From the NCBI GenBank assembly GCA_030264375.1, contig JASCQW010000132.1, positions 36,419,632 through 36,483,631 of the forward strand: a stretch of 64,000 bases of DNA. Direction: 5' to 3'. A model generated the notes under the pieces. The model did no database searches. It saw nothing but the letters and a program-made list of their open reading frames with translations, and was not told the origin of the DNA. Positions 10,701 through 27,427 of this stretch are shown one piece after another. How positions within the stretch are numbered: position 1 is the stretch's first letter; each line of letters starts with the position of its first letter. The translations under genes and the position numbers were made by a program. This DNA is from Carcharhinus longimanus (taxonomy: Eukaryota).

Positions 10701-13700
10701 CTCAATGCTGGTGAGCCCACTCAAAATTACCTGGGAGCTTCTTGAATCCGTCCTAATACCGGATTGATGTCCGATTACTCGTCCCGGGAAATAAATTCCA
10801 ACAAGCTGGAGGAATCTCAAACATCTTGACTTTAACTCATGGGTCTGTCAGATTGGGTCTATGTGATATTGCATTTTTGAGGCACATATCCGTGTAAGGA
10901 TGGATGCATGACTGCAGCCTGCGCTTCCGATGTTACAAACTAAATCTTTGTTTTCTATTATTAAGATTTCACCGGCGGTAGACGACAATATGTGTGTGAA
11001 AGAGAACATCTCATTCAATCAATTTGTGTACAGGAATTCTTCCTTAAGCTTTTTTTAAAATTTTCCACATAATAATTTTAAATAATATTTAAAATTGTAG
11101 ATGTGTTCCTAATGCCTTTCGTATTCCGAAGAAGTTACACTCCAAACTGCGTCATTAAAATGTAAATGTCAATCAGATTCTTCAACAAGTTTGAACCACC
11201 TGTTTTAGGATGTACCTCATGAGGGAGCGGGGGTGGTGAGAGTGGACTCCAAAGCAGAGCTCCTCTACTCTTCCTCCTTGAAGAACAGTACCTTCTGGCT
11301 TCCCATTACAAACCAACCACGAGTTTAATCTGGTAACTTATTCAAAGATCTGAATGCAATATTATTCGCCAGTTCTGCTATCTTCCATATACTGGTACTG
11401 ATTTCTACTAACTCTTAAGAATGGTTAGCCATTTATCTCAACCCGAACATTAAGATAGAAGCTACAATCACATCGAAGGTTTCGGAGATTTGCCTTGTTC
11501 ACAAATAGGTTCACAAATTTTTTTGAACTGAATGTAGCAATGTCATTGTCCTAAAAGAGTGGCAAAGGGTATACTGGTCCTAAGAGTCTCCAGTTAAAAC
11601 CTAAATATGCTCATTAGAATATTTTATTTCCAATTCTAAATTTTCCTTAATCTCTCTCTCTCTCTCTGTCTTTCCCTTCCCCCATAACCTGACTGAAAGG
11701 GCGACAAGCCATCTGCCATTGCTTTACTGGCTAGCCGCCGGAAAAAATTGCAATGGGAGAATAATCACCGTGCCATGCATCACCTCTCTTAAACTGGCGC
11801 CGTATAATGTCCTGTGTTGGGATTTTCCTCCAGTGAAGTCGTTGACATGGATTTATGTTCAAACCACCTGCAATGTGATGGACGTTTATTTTAAATGAAA
11901 AAGGTTTAATTCAACGGTCAATGCAGTCACTTGACACTGCAAATAAATCTAGACTATCCGAGATCCTTGAAACCTCACCATTTCAGACACCGTTCACAAT
12001 GTTGTCACGTTAAATAAATAATTCGAGTTTTATCAGTTTACGTGCTTCCTTGATCCATGTTTTTCCAAAAAAAAAGTCTTTATAAATGTGTGTTCGGTTT
12101 AGAGGCACATAAGAAAAGGCATTCCCTCAAAATGTCTCCTTTACCCCAACCCCACCTTCACACACAAGGTCTGGAATAAATGCACAATCAATGCAAGGCA
12201 ACACGTTTTTTTCCTAACGTCATATTTCTTAGAATGGTTCTGTCCTCAAAAAACAACGTGTACCTGATGGTCCACCTCAGCGATCTATTGCTTCATAAAG
12301 TACTGCCTTCTTGGTCTGTTCAAAATCGTTGCGAGGAGTTGGTGTCATTCGGCAAATATTGTGTATTTAAAAGATTCAAACACTACCCACAAAAGTCAAA
12401 CGTTTTGGCACTTGTACAAGCAGTTCGGTAAAGGAGTAGAAAAATGAAAGAAAAATCAATAATTCTGATGAGGTGACACATTAACTTGCCTGTTCTCTCC
12501 GCGGGTGCTGACTGACCTTCAAAGTGTTTACAATATTTTCTGTTTATATCTTATGTGCAGCCTTTTTTTGCCAGTATTTCTACTCACGCGTTTAGGCAAA
12601 GTCACCGGTCTTTCAGACAGCACATGGTACAAATAGCAAGACGAAGTCAGCTGTGCCAGTCCGATCGTTCAGAAACATTCCTGACATTAGGTGGCAGGAA
12701 GTGAAAATAGGGAATTCTGGAAGGGTACCGCTTTCTCGGCTACAGTTTAGGCGATGATACATCTTCAGGCGTTAAACCTGATACAAATCCTGCAAGTGAA
12801 ATTTGATCTTTCTGAGAGGGCCCCAAAAGTGAAATCTCGCAAAGGCTTAAAAGGCTGTTGCTTGAATGCTGACTCCGCATCCAGTGCTGAATCAGGACAA
12901 CAAAGCTACCGATGCGCCGCGGGTAGCAGAGAGTGAAGGGGTATCAGCCACAGATACACACAATTAGCGCCTTTAATCAAGTCTTTAAATTATATGACTA
13001 CTTCATATATATAAATCTTTCTTGACGTTCCACATAACGAGAATAGTAAACTTGACAAGTTGTTGGCTCACGTGCCAAACCAGAAGCAAAATCAAAGGCT
13101 AGAGATGGAATCAAGTATTGCCAAAAGTGAAATCTTTACGAGAACTGTCAGAAACGTCCCAACTTTAGCTGCAAAGAACTGATATACATGGCCGCCTATT
13201 ACATTTTAATGATGGCAACAAAAGAAAACACTTTCCGTGCCCATCGTGAATTGTCAAAATACTGTGTTCTCCTACGTTTTAATTTATAAACAAAACCCTG
13301 TAATAGACCCCACGGCTTATACAAACTGCAGGCACCGCCTGAAGTTTAACAGCAGGTTCAAGCTACTTTTTTTGATCAAAAATAAACGAACAAGGCACAC
13401 TGTCCGTCTTCCAGAGATCACTGTTAACCATCCTTTAAAGATTCCGCATCTAATTAATTGACTATGTCCTTATCGTTCAAAGGGAATATATTCAATATTG
13501 AGACACTTCTATTGTGCAATTTTTGCTGCCAAAAATATTTCTACACACATCCAGTACAGATGTGTAGAAAAACGAAGTTGTGAAAACATGCAAAATTTAT
13601 ATTTTAAACATGACGGTGTGTCCTACAAGTTCAGTTCTATTTGAAAATAATAGTATGGCTTTGTGTTTGATGTCTGTAATAAAATGAGAAAGTATTGTAT

Positions 13701-14039
13701 ATGTCCAATATGTATGATCAGCTCTGTCTTCCTCCACAAGCTTATCTTTGGTTTCATATTATGTTTGTCTGAAGTGTGAAAGCTGGATTTATTGAATATA
13801 AATTCATTCCTTTCTAAGTTATATTTTTAAAGTAACAGCGGTTGGACATTTATGTCCAAAGACTGTGATCTCAGTTATCTACACTTTGTTTTCTTAATAC
13901 AGATCTCTATGAACTATTTTCCACGAAGAATAATGAAGGGTGATCTGTTTAAATATTTGGCATAGATTCCAATACGAACTCACTTTTCGAAACTTTTTTT
14001 TTAGAAATTGTTAAGTATTGGCTTTTGATCTTTCACATG

Positions 14040-14166
14040 ATGTAGGCATCTCTGGCTACGCCAGCGTTTGTTACCGATCCCTAATTGCCCCTGAGAAAGT
14101 AATGGTGAATTGCCTTCTTGAGTCTCTGTAATCCATCTAGTGTAGGTACGCTCACGTTGCTGTTAG
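14040..14166 (-). mobile_element. LINE 3'-end fragment
   Basis: Reverse complement resembles the element end at 41400-41555 (ttctcaggggcaattaggga...cagagatgcctacatc). Confidence 0.5.
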
Positions 14167-16739
14167 AAAGTATTGCAGTGATATATGACTATGAGCTTTA
14201 TTTTGTCCGCTGACATGTTTGAATGGAAACGTTGTTAAAATAATTTCGTGTGCAACTAAAAGGTTTATTACATATCGATCGCTATAACATACAAATGTCT
14301 GTAGCTCTAGCTTAGTTTATTCCTACTTTTACTTTTTCCATCTTAATATCTCAAGCACAGATTAGAACATTTTTCCCAATGCTAAATCATCATTGCTGAA
14401 TCAAGCAACCCTATTATTACAATAACAGTAAGTGATTCATATCGTAAAATGAATTGTCCCCTGTGTTACACATAATATAAAGATTTCCTATGAACATTAC
14501 GTCAGCGAACTTACTCATGAGTTGACTTTTTAAAAAGCAATCCAACTGGAAAGCCTATACTTCATTTAAATTGAAAGAAAGAGTGGATGCATATAATGTT
14601 AATGAATGTCACGAAACAGCATTTAGTTCCAGCATATAATACACGAATTAGTCATCATTACAGGAGAATTGTGATCTTTTTAACACACAATATGATCTAT
14701 TTTCAAGTTTAACTACAAAATGGCGAGTTACACTTCTGTGAAGTTTAGCATCACTTAGTGTCAAATCCAGCAGTAACCACAGTAAGACATACCAATGAGA
14801 ATAACGTCATATCGGATGATCCCATGGCATGACAGTGATTTTTTTTAAAGCTGGTGCATGTTATTTGGATTTACGAGTTATGTTTCTATTCGTTTTCTTA
14901 ACAATCTGATGTAAACACTGAAGGGATGTCAAAAACTGACATATGAAGAAGCATATGGGTAGTGCAAACATGTCTTTTTAAACCTAAAAACTAACTGAAG
15001 TGACGTAGTGCTTCAACTGGAATGGAGGTAACGTTTAAGTGTACATTTTACCCCAGTTCCAAAAGGGTTAAGAAATAGTAAAACGGCTGGTGTTGCTGAT
15101 TTCATTCTCATTCCGTTTAACTTTGTAAAAGCGTTACCACACACATGTAGCAAATCCTAATATTACAACCTGCAGGGAAACTATCAACACTTCGAAAAAT
15201 CGTCAGGAGTATAAAATTGCACATTCTTTGTGCCATATTTGCGACCTTTGCTCGGTTAACATCGTAGCATAAAATAGAATACAGGTTCTCTGGAAGTTGA
15301 ATCAAAATGTATAGAACTAAGAATGAGTTCAAATGGAGCTGCATTTGGTGGCTATCAAACGTGATATGCTCTATTAATAAGCAATAATGTATTTATTACA
15401 CAATAATTATTGCCTGAAACATTAACTCTGTTTCTCTCTCCACGGTTACTGTCAGACCTGCTGAGTATTCCCAGCTTTCCTTGTGTTATTTGGGATTTTC
15501 AGCATTTTACTCTTTTATTGCGACCAATATGTGCTTTAACGTTAAGTTACACTTTCTCTGTGCTGACGTTTAATGTTAAATTACATTTTATCCATGCCTG
15601 CGTAAATAGCAAATCAGCATTATTCTGTAGTCTGTAGAATCAAACTTTTGAATGATGTCCAGAATAGGAGATTTAAAATAATGTGTAAATACTTGAGTAG
15701 GATAATCTGCAAATTGAGTTTAGATATAGAATTTAAAATCATCTGACCTATACTTTAAACAACTTTGCTGTTTAGCACAATATTGCCCGCTTCTCGGGCC
15801 TTCATGTCAATGTTTGCCAAGGGTTCACAGTATGAAACCTGTAAGTGTTTGATCTTGTGGTTTAGAAACGAAATTTTAACATATGCGAATAGAAGCAAGT
15901 TTTGGAGTTTCGATTTGTAGATAATGATTTGAATTCTGGCTTTCATTTTTTTCACATGTCGAATGTTCCACCTAATGAATATGATTTCGAACACGATCCA
16001 GACCACTGTGGGTTTGAGAGTGCAATTACACAAATATAACGTTCGTGCTAACCAGTTTGGCTTTGCACTGACACAACGGATACCATATGGAACCAACTTG
16101 AGATCCATCCAATGTTGGGCACTCTGGAATCAGTCCACCTTAGCACCCAATGCAGGGTTAGCATCATAGAATAGTTTTAGCACAGTGGAGGTCATTCGGT
16201 CCGTCCTGTCCATGACGGCTCTCTGCGGGAATCCCATTCTCCCGCCGTTACCCATAGTCCTGCACATTTTTTTTTCTCTTCAGATAATTATCCAATTTCA
16301 TTTGAAGGCCTCCAATGATAGCACGGCGCCAAGCCAAAAACGACAAGCAGCAATATCATATTTTGTAAATGTAAGAATTTGGTCATCATCCACGGTTCCA
16401 TTAAGTTTCTAAACTACAGCGGTTAAGGTTTACCATGACAGGAAATCCCAAACTATTCGCTTAAAAACACATATTGGGTTTGCTGATGTGTTTTTTTAGA
16501 AAACGTTGGGATTTTTACATTGGCTTCAATGTCTTCTTTGATGGCTACATTGAAATTGAAGAGGGAAGATTAAAGGACAAAGGCGTGTTTTTTATCTTTC
16601 TTTCCCGCCCGGGAAGAGAATTTTAACATGCGTACGCTAGCAATCAATAGTCATTTAACGTTCTTTTTGTAAAACGTGGGCGTTTTCTTTTGGAGAACAA
16701 TCCAGAGAGCGTTGGTGGGTTTTGGTGTGGATTGTGGTG

Positions 16740-17200
16740 GTAACACAGGCCGGGACATGTGCTCTGCACTGGTTCTGAGGTCTGACCATTGCACTCTGCG
16801 GCGGGGAGCCCGGGGGAGGTGGGGGAGAGCACGCAGGCGCGTTGCAGACNNNNNNNNNNCGACAGGGTCACGTGGCTGTTGAGCAGCCGCTCGGCGGGCT
16901 GCACTGGAGCTGCCTTCCTTTGTCATTCAGAGAGAGACATGTGGGCAGAGCGCTGGCAGGCCCTGCCTGCCTGCTCATACACTAGGTGCACAACCCCATC
17001 CAGCTGGCCCGCATAACCGTGCCAAGATAATGCAAAAGACAATGTGAAGAAACACCTTCAGAAGATGCGGGCGGATTATCAGTGCTGCCATTCAAATCCC
17101 CTCTGCGAGCCCACAGTTACAGACTCAATGTTCATTCTCATTCCCCTCACCCCCATGGCTGCGATTTAAATTTAAACCCCTTTCTGCTGTCAAACACGAC
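16740..17200. promoter_or_regulatory. GC/CpG-rich intergenic element between BMI1 and SPAG6 (candidate enhancer or orphan CpG island)
   Basis: Locally high GC and CpG, not recognisably repeat-derived, E-box GTCACGTG at 16867-16874; no credible ORF. Confidence 0.5.
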
Positions 17201-20200
17201 CCCACCTACCCCCCAGCCCCCACCCAAAAAATGTCAAGGCGAGAAATTAAAGTTAAGCTGCTATTTCTTTCCCCCTTAATGTTCCCAAGACGTGGCGCGT
17301 TACTAATAACCGTTCACTCCGCCCTTGTACTAGTTGCAAAAAAGAAAATGGTTGTTTGTGAGAAAAGGAAATCCGCTCGTTGAGCAAAGAGCTAAAAAAG
17401 ATCATGCAGGAGACAAGAACGTTACCCGCCGCTGACAAACAGGAAGCAGTTATCTGATTAAAACATTTACTTAGAATTTTGATGGAAGGTAATGTTTTTG
17501 TTTGATGTAAGGTAATGTTTTTTGTTAACGTCACAATGACACCTAACTGTTATTATGGTATTTTCAACATACAATGAACGCCCCATAAAAACTCTTACTA
17601 TCTATACCATAGGGCGCATTTCCTTAGCCCATATGTATATATAGAGAGACAGAGAGATAGAAATATAATTTACACTGGATTTTCAAATGTAGGAACACCA
17701 GTCTGCATTACGTCAAAATAAATTAGTTATTTCTATGAAGTAATGGATTACTCAGCGTACATTGCCGCGCTTAAGAATCCTATGCCTTTTGCACGAAGAG
17801 AATTTGTTTTGAGCTAAGATTACAACATTGAGATGCATTTATATATAGTTTACAAAATTGTAGCTTAAGGTCATGGATTGTTATCAGGAAAGGCAATCCC
17901 AAGGTTACATTTAATCCAATGCATTGATATCGGATGCTTTTGCATTGTTACCTGACGTTACTGTGAGACATAAGCACGTTGGATCCTTAAATACCTGCAC
18001 AGGCTGCTCCTTTCTGTAGGCCAGAAAATAACAAATTGAAAGAACTACATCATCTCTTACAAAGCAACCCTGATAACTGTGTATCAGTTAAAACATTTAC
18101 CAGAAACAATAAAAATAGTGGAGATCAGTAATAAACTTCGAGTGGATGCCGATACCTAACGTATTCGTCGTTTAGGAAAGCGATGGAAAGATCAGAAATA
18201 GAGTATCTGCTTAATTCGGCCGAATTGTCTTTGTTGATTCTATTGGAACTAGGGAGGCGGCGCCTTCACACCATTGGCGTTCATCTTTCCACCGGCAATT
18301 TAAAGCAAAAGCAGAGGATTGGGATACATTTAGCCCGACTACCCTCTCTCTCCCCAATACCCTCCCTTCCTCTCCCTCTTTGCCCATAAAATTATATGAG
18401 AATGAATCCAATGTGTACCATGGTGAATTCACAACCACAACATTCACTCGAATTATCTGAAAAGACGGTAAAGGTGGTATGAGAATGTCACACTTGTAGG
18501 GTGGTGAGGGAGATCATTTTTGTGAATTAAAGATTAAGGTACTTAGATTTTTCCAAGTGGAACGACTACTCGGATCAGTATTTTAAACGGGCCTTGGAAG
18601 CAAGGGGAGGTTCAATTCTGCTGTTAGTAACTTTCATGGACTTTCCTCAGAATAATCCACGGTTTAAACACACTAATAGCAAGATTTTTTTTCTATCTGT
18701 GTCAGTGGAAAGCCAAACATCTTATATTGTAACTGGCCTAATGCCCATGGGCATTTCTCGGTTTGTTTGTACTCACCATCAAAAAAGTATTGTTGATGCG
18801 ATTGCAGTATAAGCTTCCTAACTACCTGCTCCTCATCTTTTGGTTTGCTTTACTTGAGTCTTTGTTGATATTTTACTTTCCACTCAAAGGGGTGTATTTC
18901 ATGCGTGTATAAAGTTAAAGGAAATTATTTTCTTAGACTATTATGAATTGCGATAATTTATGGAAGACAAATAAGTAAAGTTTCTTATTTCACTCTTTTC
19001 ACAGGAAAAATGCCAACCCCCAACAACTACATTAATTTGGTTCCTACAAAAAGTTTTCCTGTCTAAGTAAAAGCCAGAGGAATGGTCGGCCTTAGTAGAG
19101 ATCTGCTGTTCCAGGGGTAGGCTGATTTTTTTTTTGCCCCTTTGTGCAAGTGAAGTTGTCTTTGAAAACTACTAAATGCATATTCAGAGAAATACTGGAA
19201 ATAAAATTATCCACAGTACTTACATAGCAAATCAAAGTAAATGTTACATAAACCTGTTAAAATAATCAAAGTACAAAACCAAGAATATTTACTGTTATTG
19301 CATTCATATTAATATAAAAAGAAAACATGATACTGGCTCATTCACATGATTGCCCTGTTACACGTATTTCCAGCTGTTTTCAATTGTGGATGTCAAGGGC
19401 AACGAAAATAATTTGATTACCAGTGATTAGGGAGCTTTAATTGGGTGTTACATGGTGTTCTCTGGTGTTTAAGATGTGAAAATGAAGGAAAATCGAAAAA
19501 GATTATCTTTTTTGAAACATCTTCTTCGTCTACTTGTGCTGTATTTATTGGTGGTAATGCCACCAGCTAATTCCGGAAACTAGAAAAATATAAATCAGAT
19601 ATAATTGTTCACGTTTACTTCCTTGCAACATTAACTGAACTATCATTAGCTCAGTAGCTTCATGTGGAACGAGAATATAAAAGAAGATTGTTTTTGTAGG
19701 ACGAGTGGCAAAGGAAATAGTTAACGAATACGCTTCAAAAACTTTTGATCTTGTTTTTACTTGAAACTTAGAATCACAGTTGCAACATTTGAAAAGAAAG
19801 CAGAGGGATATGAGTCGCGTTTTAGGTTTCGAAAGCTAATTGAAGATCCGTTTCCAGTTCTGTTGTATTGCAAGAATCTGGGGATAGCGGAGTATAAAGA
19901 GAGCGTATTTTCCTCAAACATGAATACGTGTATGGAATAATGCATTTAACAGGATAGTACAGGGAAAACAGGGTTCGCTACAATACCTTGAAGGACCCGA
20001 GGTATATTTCATATTTGGTGCAGTCCAAGCTCTGTGGACTGTCTCAGAAGATTTCTCATTTCGAATTGCTCAAGAGCTACTTGTTGACGTGCATCTAAAG
20101 TCATTAACCATTCTGTAAACGTTATAGTACGATTGCACCTTGAGGGTACTAGATGAATGTGATCTCATTCGCGCATAGCATTGTCTCCCTCTGATTTCCC

Positions 20201-20899
20201 ATTTTGTAACATTCTATCATAACATCTTACACTTTTATGAAATTCAGGATCACTATTTTCCTTCTGCAAAACCACATCACCATAGGGACTCACGACGGAA
20301 AGGAATTTTGAGTGCAATTTACACCTTCACTAATTTGCACAATAAAGATTATTTAATTTCATCCGCAATTATGAAAACTGTTCACTAAATGGTAAACATT
20401 TTCTTCAACATTGTATTTGACGGTTGTGTCGAATTTACAACATTGCTGATTATTGTTGCTATTGAAATGCATCTGCAAACTCTAACCATACTTCCAAGAA
20501 AGAGCATGTTCGGGAGAAATAGGAAACAAAAAGTGAATACTAAGAGCTTATGCAAAATCATTGCTTTTAATCGATCTCACAAGAAAATTAAAGCACGACT
20601 TGCATTGTGCTTTTCCTATTTAGGACGCAAAGAACTGTATTGTTCATTTGCTAATTTGTCTACAATATCAGCGACAGTAAAACTATGCCAACATTCAGAC
20701 AAAAATACTGTGTTTTCCTACAAACAAAATTTGACCATCGTAGAAGAGAAATTCTTATAAAGCCCTCTGTAGAGACGGAGTTTGGACCGACCACGATAAA
20801 ATAAGGCTAGCTTAGACAATCATTGTTCACGAGTAGATAGACATCAGTAGTTAAACGGTTGATAGATCATAGGCAATCTTATCCCTTTAAAGCATCACT

Positions 20900-22812
20900 T
20901 AAAACAACATGAACTGTTTAATACCCAGTACCTCTAAAGATTAAAACTCCAATATTTTTTGGAATCTATTTTCATACACTTTGCATTTACAAATTAATAC
21001 TCCATCCTCAAGAATGCCATTTGGAGTCAACCTTTGCAGCGTTAAATGTGAACCTACCAACATACTGAGATGTGAATATGAAAACAAATGCTACACCTTT
21101 CATTTTCCCAGCATAAGTTAGATTGTATTATTACAACACATCTCTCAATGCTTCATGTTTACAAATATCATAACAGAAACAAATATAGAAGAGATTTTGC
21201 AAGAAAATTACACATATAGGTCTGATTTGCCAAATGGCATTGGGCCTGGGGACATTTGATGATACTGCATAATAAGTATATCTTCTAATCATGTGTAATC
21301 ATTCTGATTGAAGTTTTAAATCATCTGAAGCTTATTTCTTACGACCCTAGTGTTAATTATTTTGTGTGGTTCAAATGTTGTCAGTTGAGTGTCTGAAATT
21401 TAATTTGTATATGTTACAGCTGAAAACAGTAATATTTTTAAACTATTCTGCTCAAGATGGTTAATCTTTTAGTGGAAGTAACAGCTAGCAAGTATCTGAA
21501 ATCATCACTGTTTGGAAATTCAAACATCTTTATCTATTATATTCTTAAAGTCATTTAACACCACCAGGTTTACTGGCACAGGTTGAACAAATATCAGGTT
21601 CAATGTTGACCTAGATTCAATTCATAACAATATCAATGGGAAAACCCCTTTGCATCCCCTTTAAAAATATCAAGTATATGTAATTCTTTAAATATTAAAA
21701 TTTAACAAGAGATGGCATGCCTAATTTTAAAAAGTTTGTTAATAGTAATTTGGACTGTTAAATTTAAGTAAAAACAATGAAATGAACATTTCAAGTAAAA
21801 GACATATATAGCATGTACACATTGTTTGGCTATGGTGATATACAAGGCAGAATTTCTCAAGTTATTTGAATTCACAGGGGCAGTATATTTTTAATTTATA
21901 GCTTATATATACGCTTCATAGTAATTTATTGGATGTTTGGCTTCTATCCATACAACACCTTTGAATTTTCTTAAGCATTTCTAAGATCTAGAAACTTAAC
22001 TGGTCAATGAAATTGAGATGTAAATATTGTTGTTCTATAGGCAATTCAAATACTTCATACCCACATAAGGTCTAAAATGATAAATCATTAAAACAATTTT
22101 ATTTTGGGGTTGATCAATTCAGTATTTTTTGTAATATGTGTACTAATGCTGCAGGAAAGCATTTAACAACCATAGATGCCAACATCTATTGTCAATCGGT
22201 TTTCACAGTGAAATGGCTAAAAATAATATTTTTCTAATTTTTTATCTTAAATTCCTTCTCAATTGGTGGTCATTGTGTAAAATCACTAGCCTTTTATATT
22301 TCATCTGTACAGCCAATATCACAATGCCTACTACTGGTAAATTAAAAGTATGTTGATATACAGATATAGTAAACTTCAATTCAATTAAACAGTTGTACAA
22401 AATATCTTCCAACGTTTACATCTTTACAATAATTTCCTGCCCAGCTTTCCTTCCTTCATTTTTTTATCTTGTGAGTCTCATCTCCTGCGAAATCATCGAG
22501 TCATTAAATCCAACGTTGTTAGCTGTAAATATCCTCAAATCTTTGCAATGCACATTTCAGTGATGTAGATCCCTTGCTATTTTGCATTCCCAAATACTGG
22601 AAAATTGTCTTCAGGAGCAAAAGATGTTGTCAAAACTATTTGTAGTATAGCCACATATTGTTTCTCGCTTTGAACAAAAATGTACAAGTCACTACAAAAT
22701 AGTGATGTTAAGGATGCTTGCAATGCGAAGCATTCTCTATATCTATATATTATCACATGGTATGAACAGGTCTTCGAATATAGATGTTGCACTGTCTATT
22801 TGGTGAATACTG
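20900..22812 (-). other. BMI1: BMI1 3'UTR (3' end uncertain)
   Basis: AU-rich repeat-free sequence after the stop; AATAAA on minus strand at 22098-22103 and 21925-21930, ATTAAA near 20920. Confidence 0.55.

Positions 22813-27427
<4,615 letters not shown>

Noticed and set aside
13538-13859. Short inverted repeats (tttctacaca...tgtgtagaaa; ttggacat-tt-atgtccaa)
   Set aside because: 8-10 bp stems are expected by chance in AT-rich DNA and are too short for pre-miRNAs
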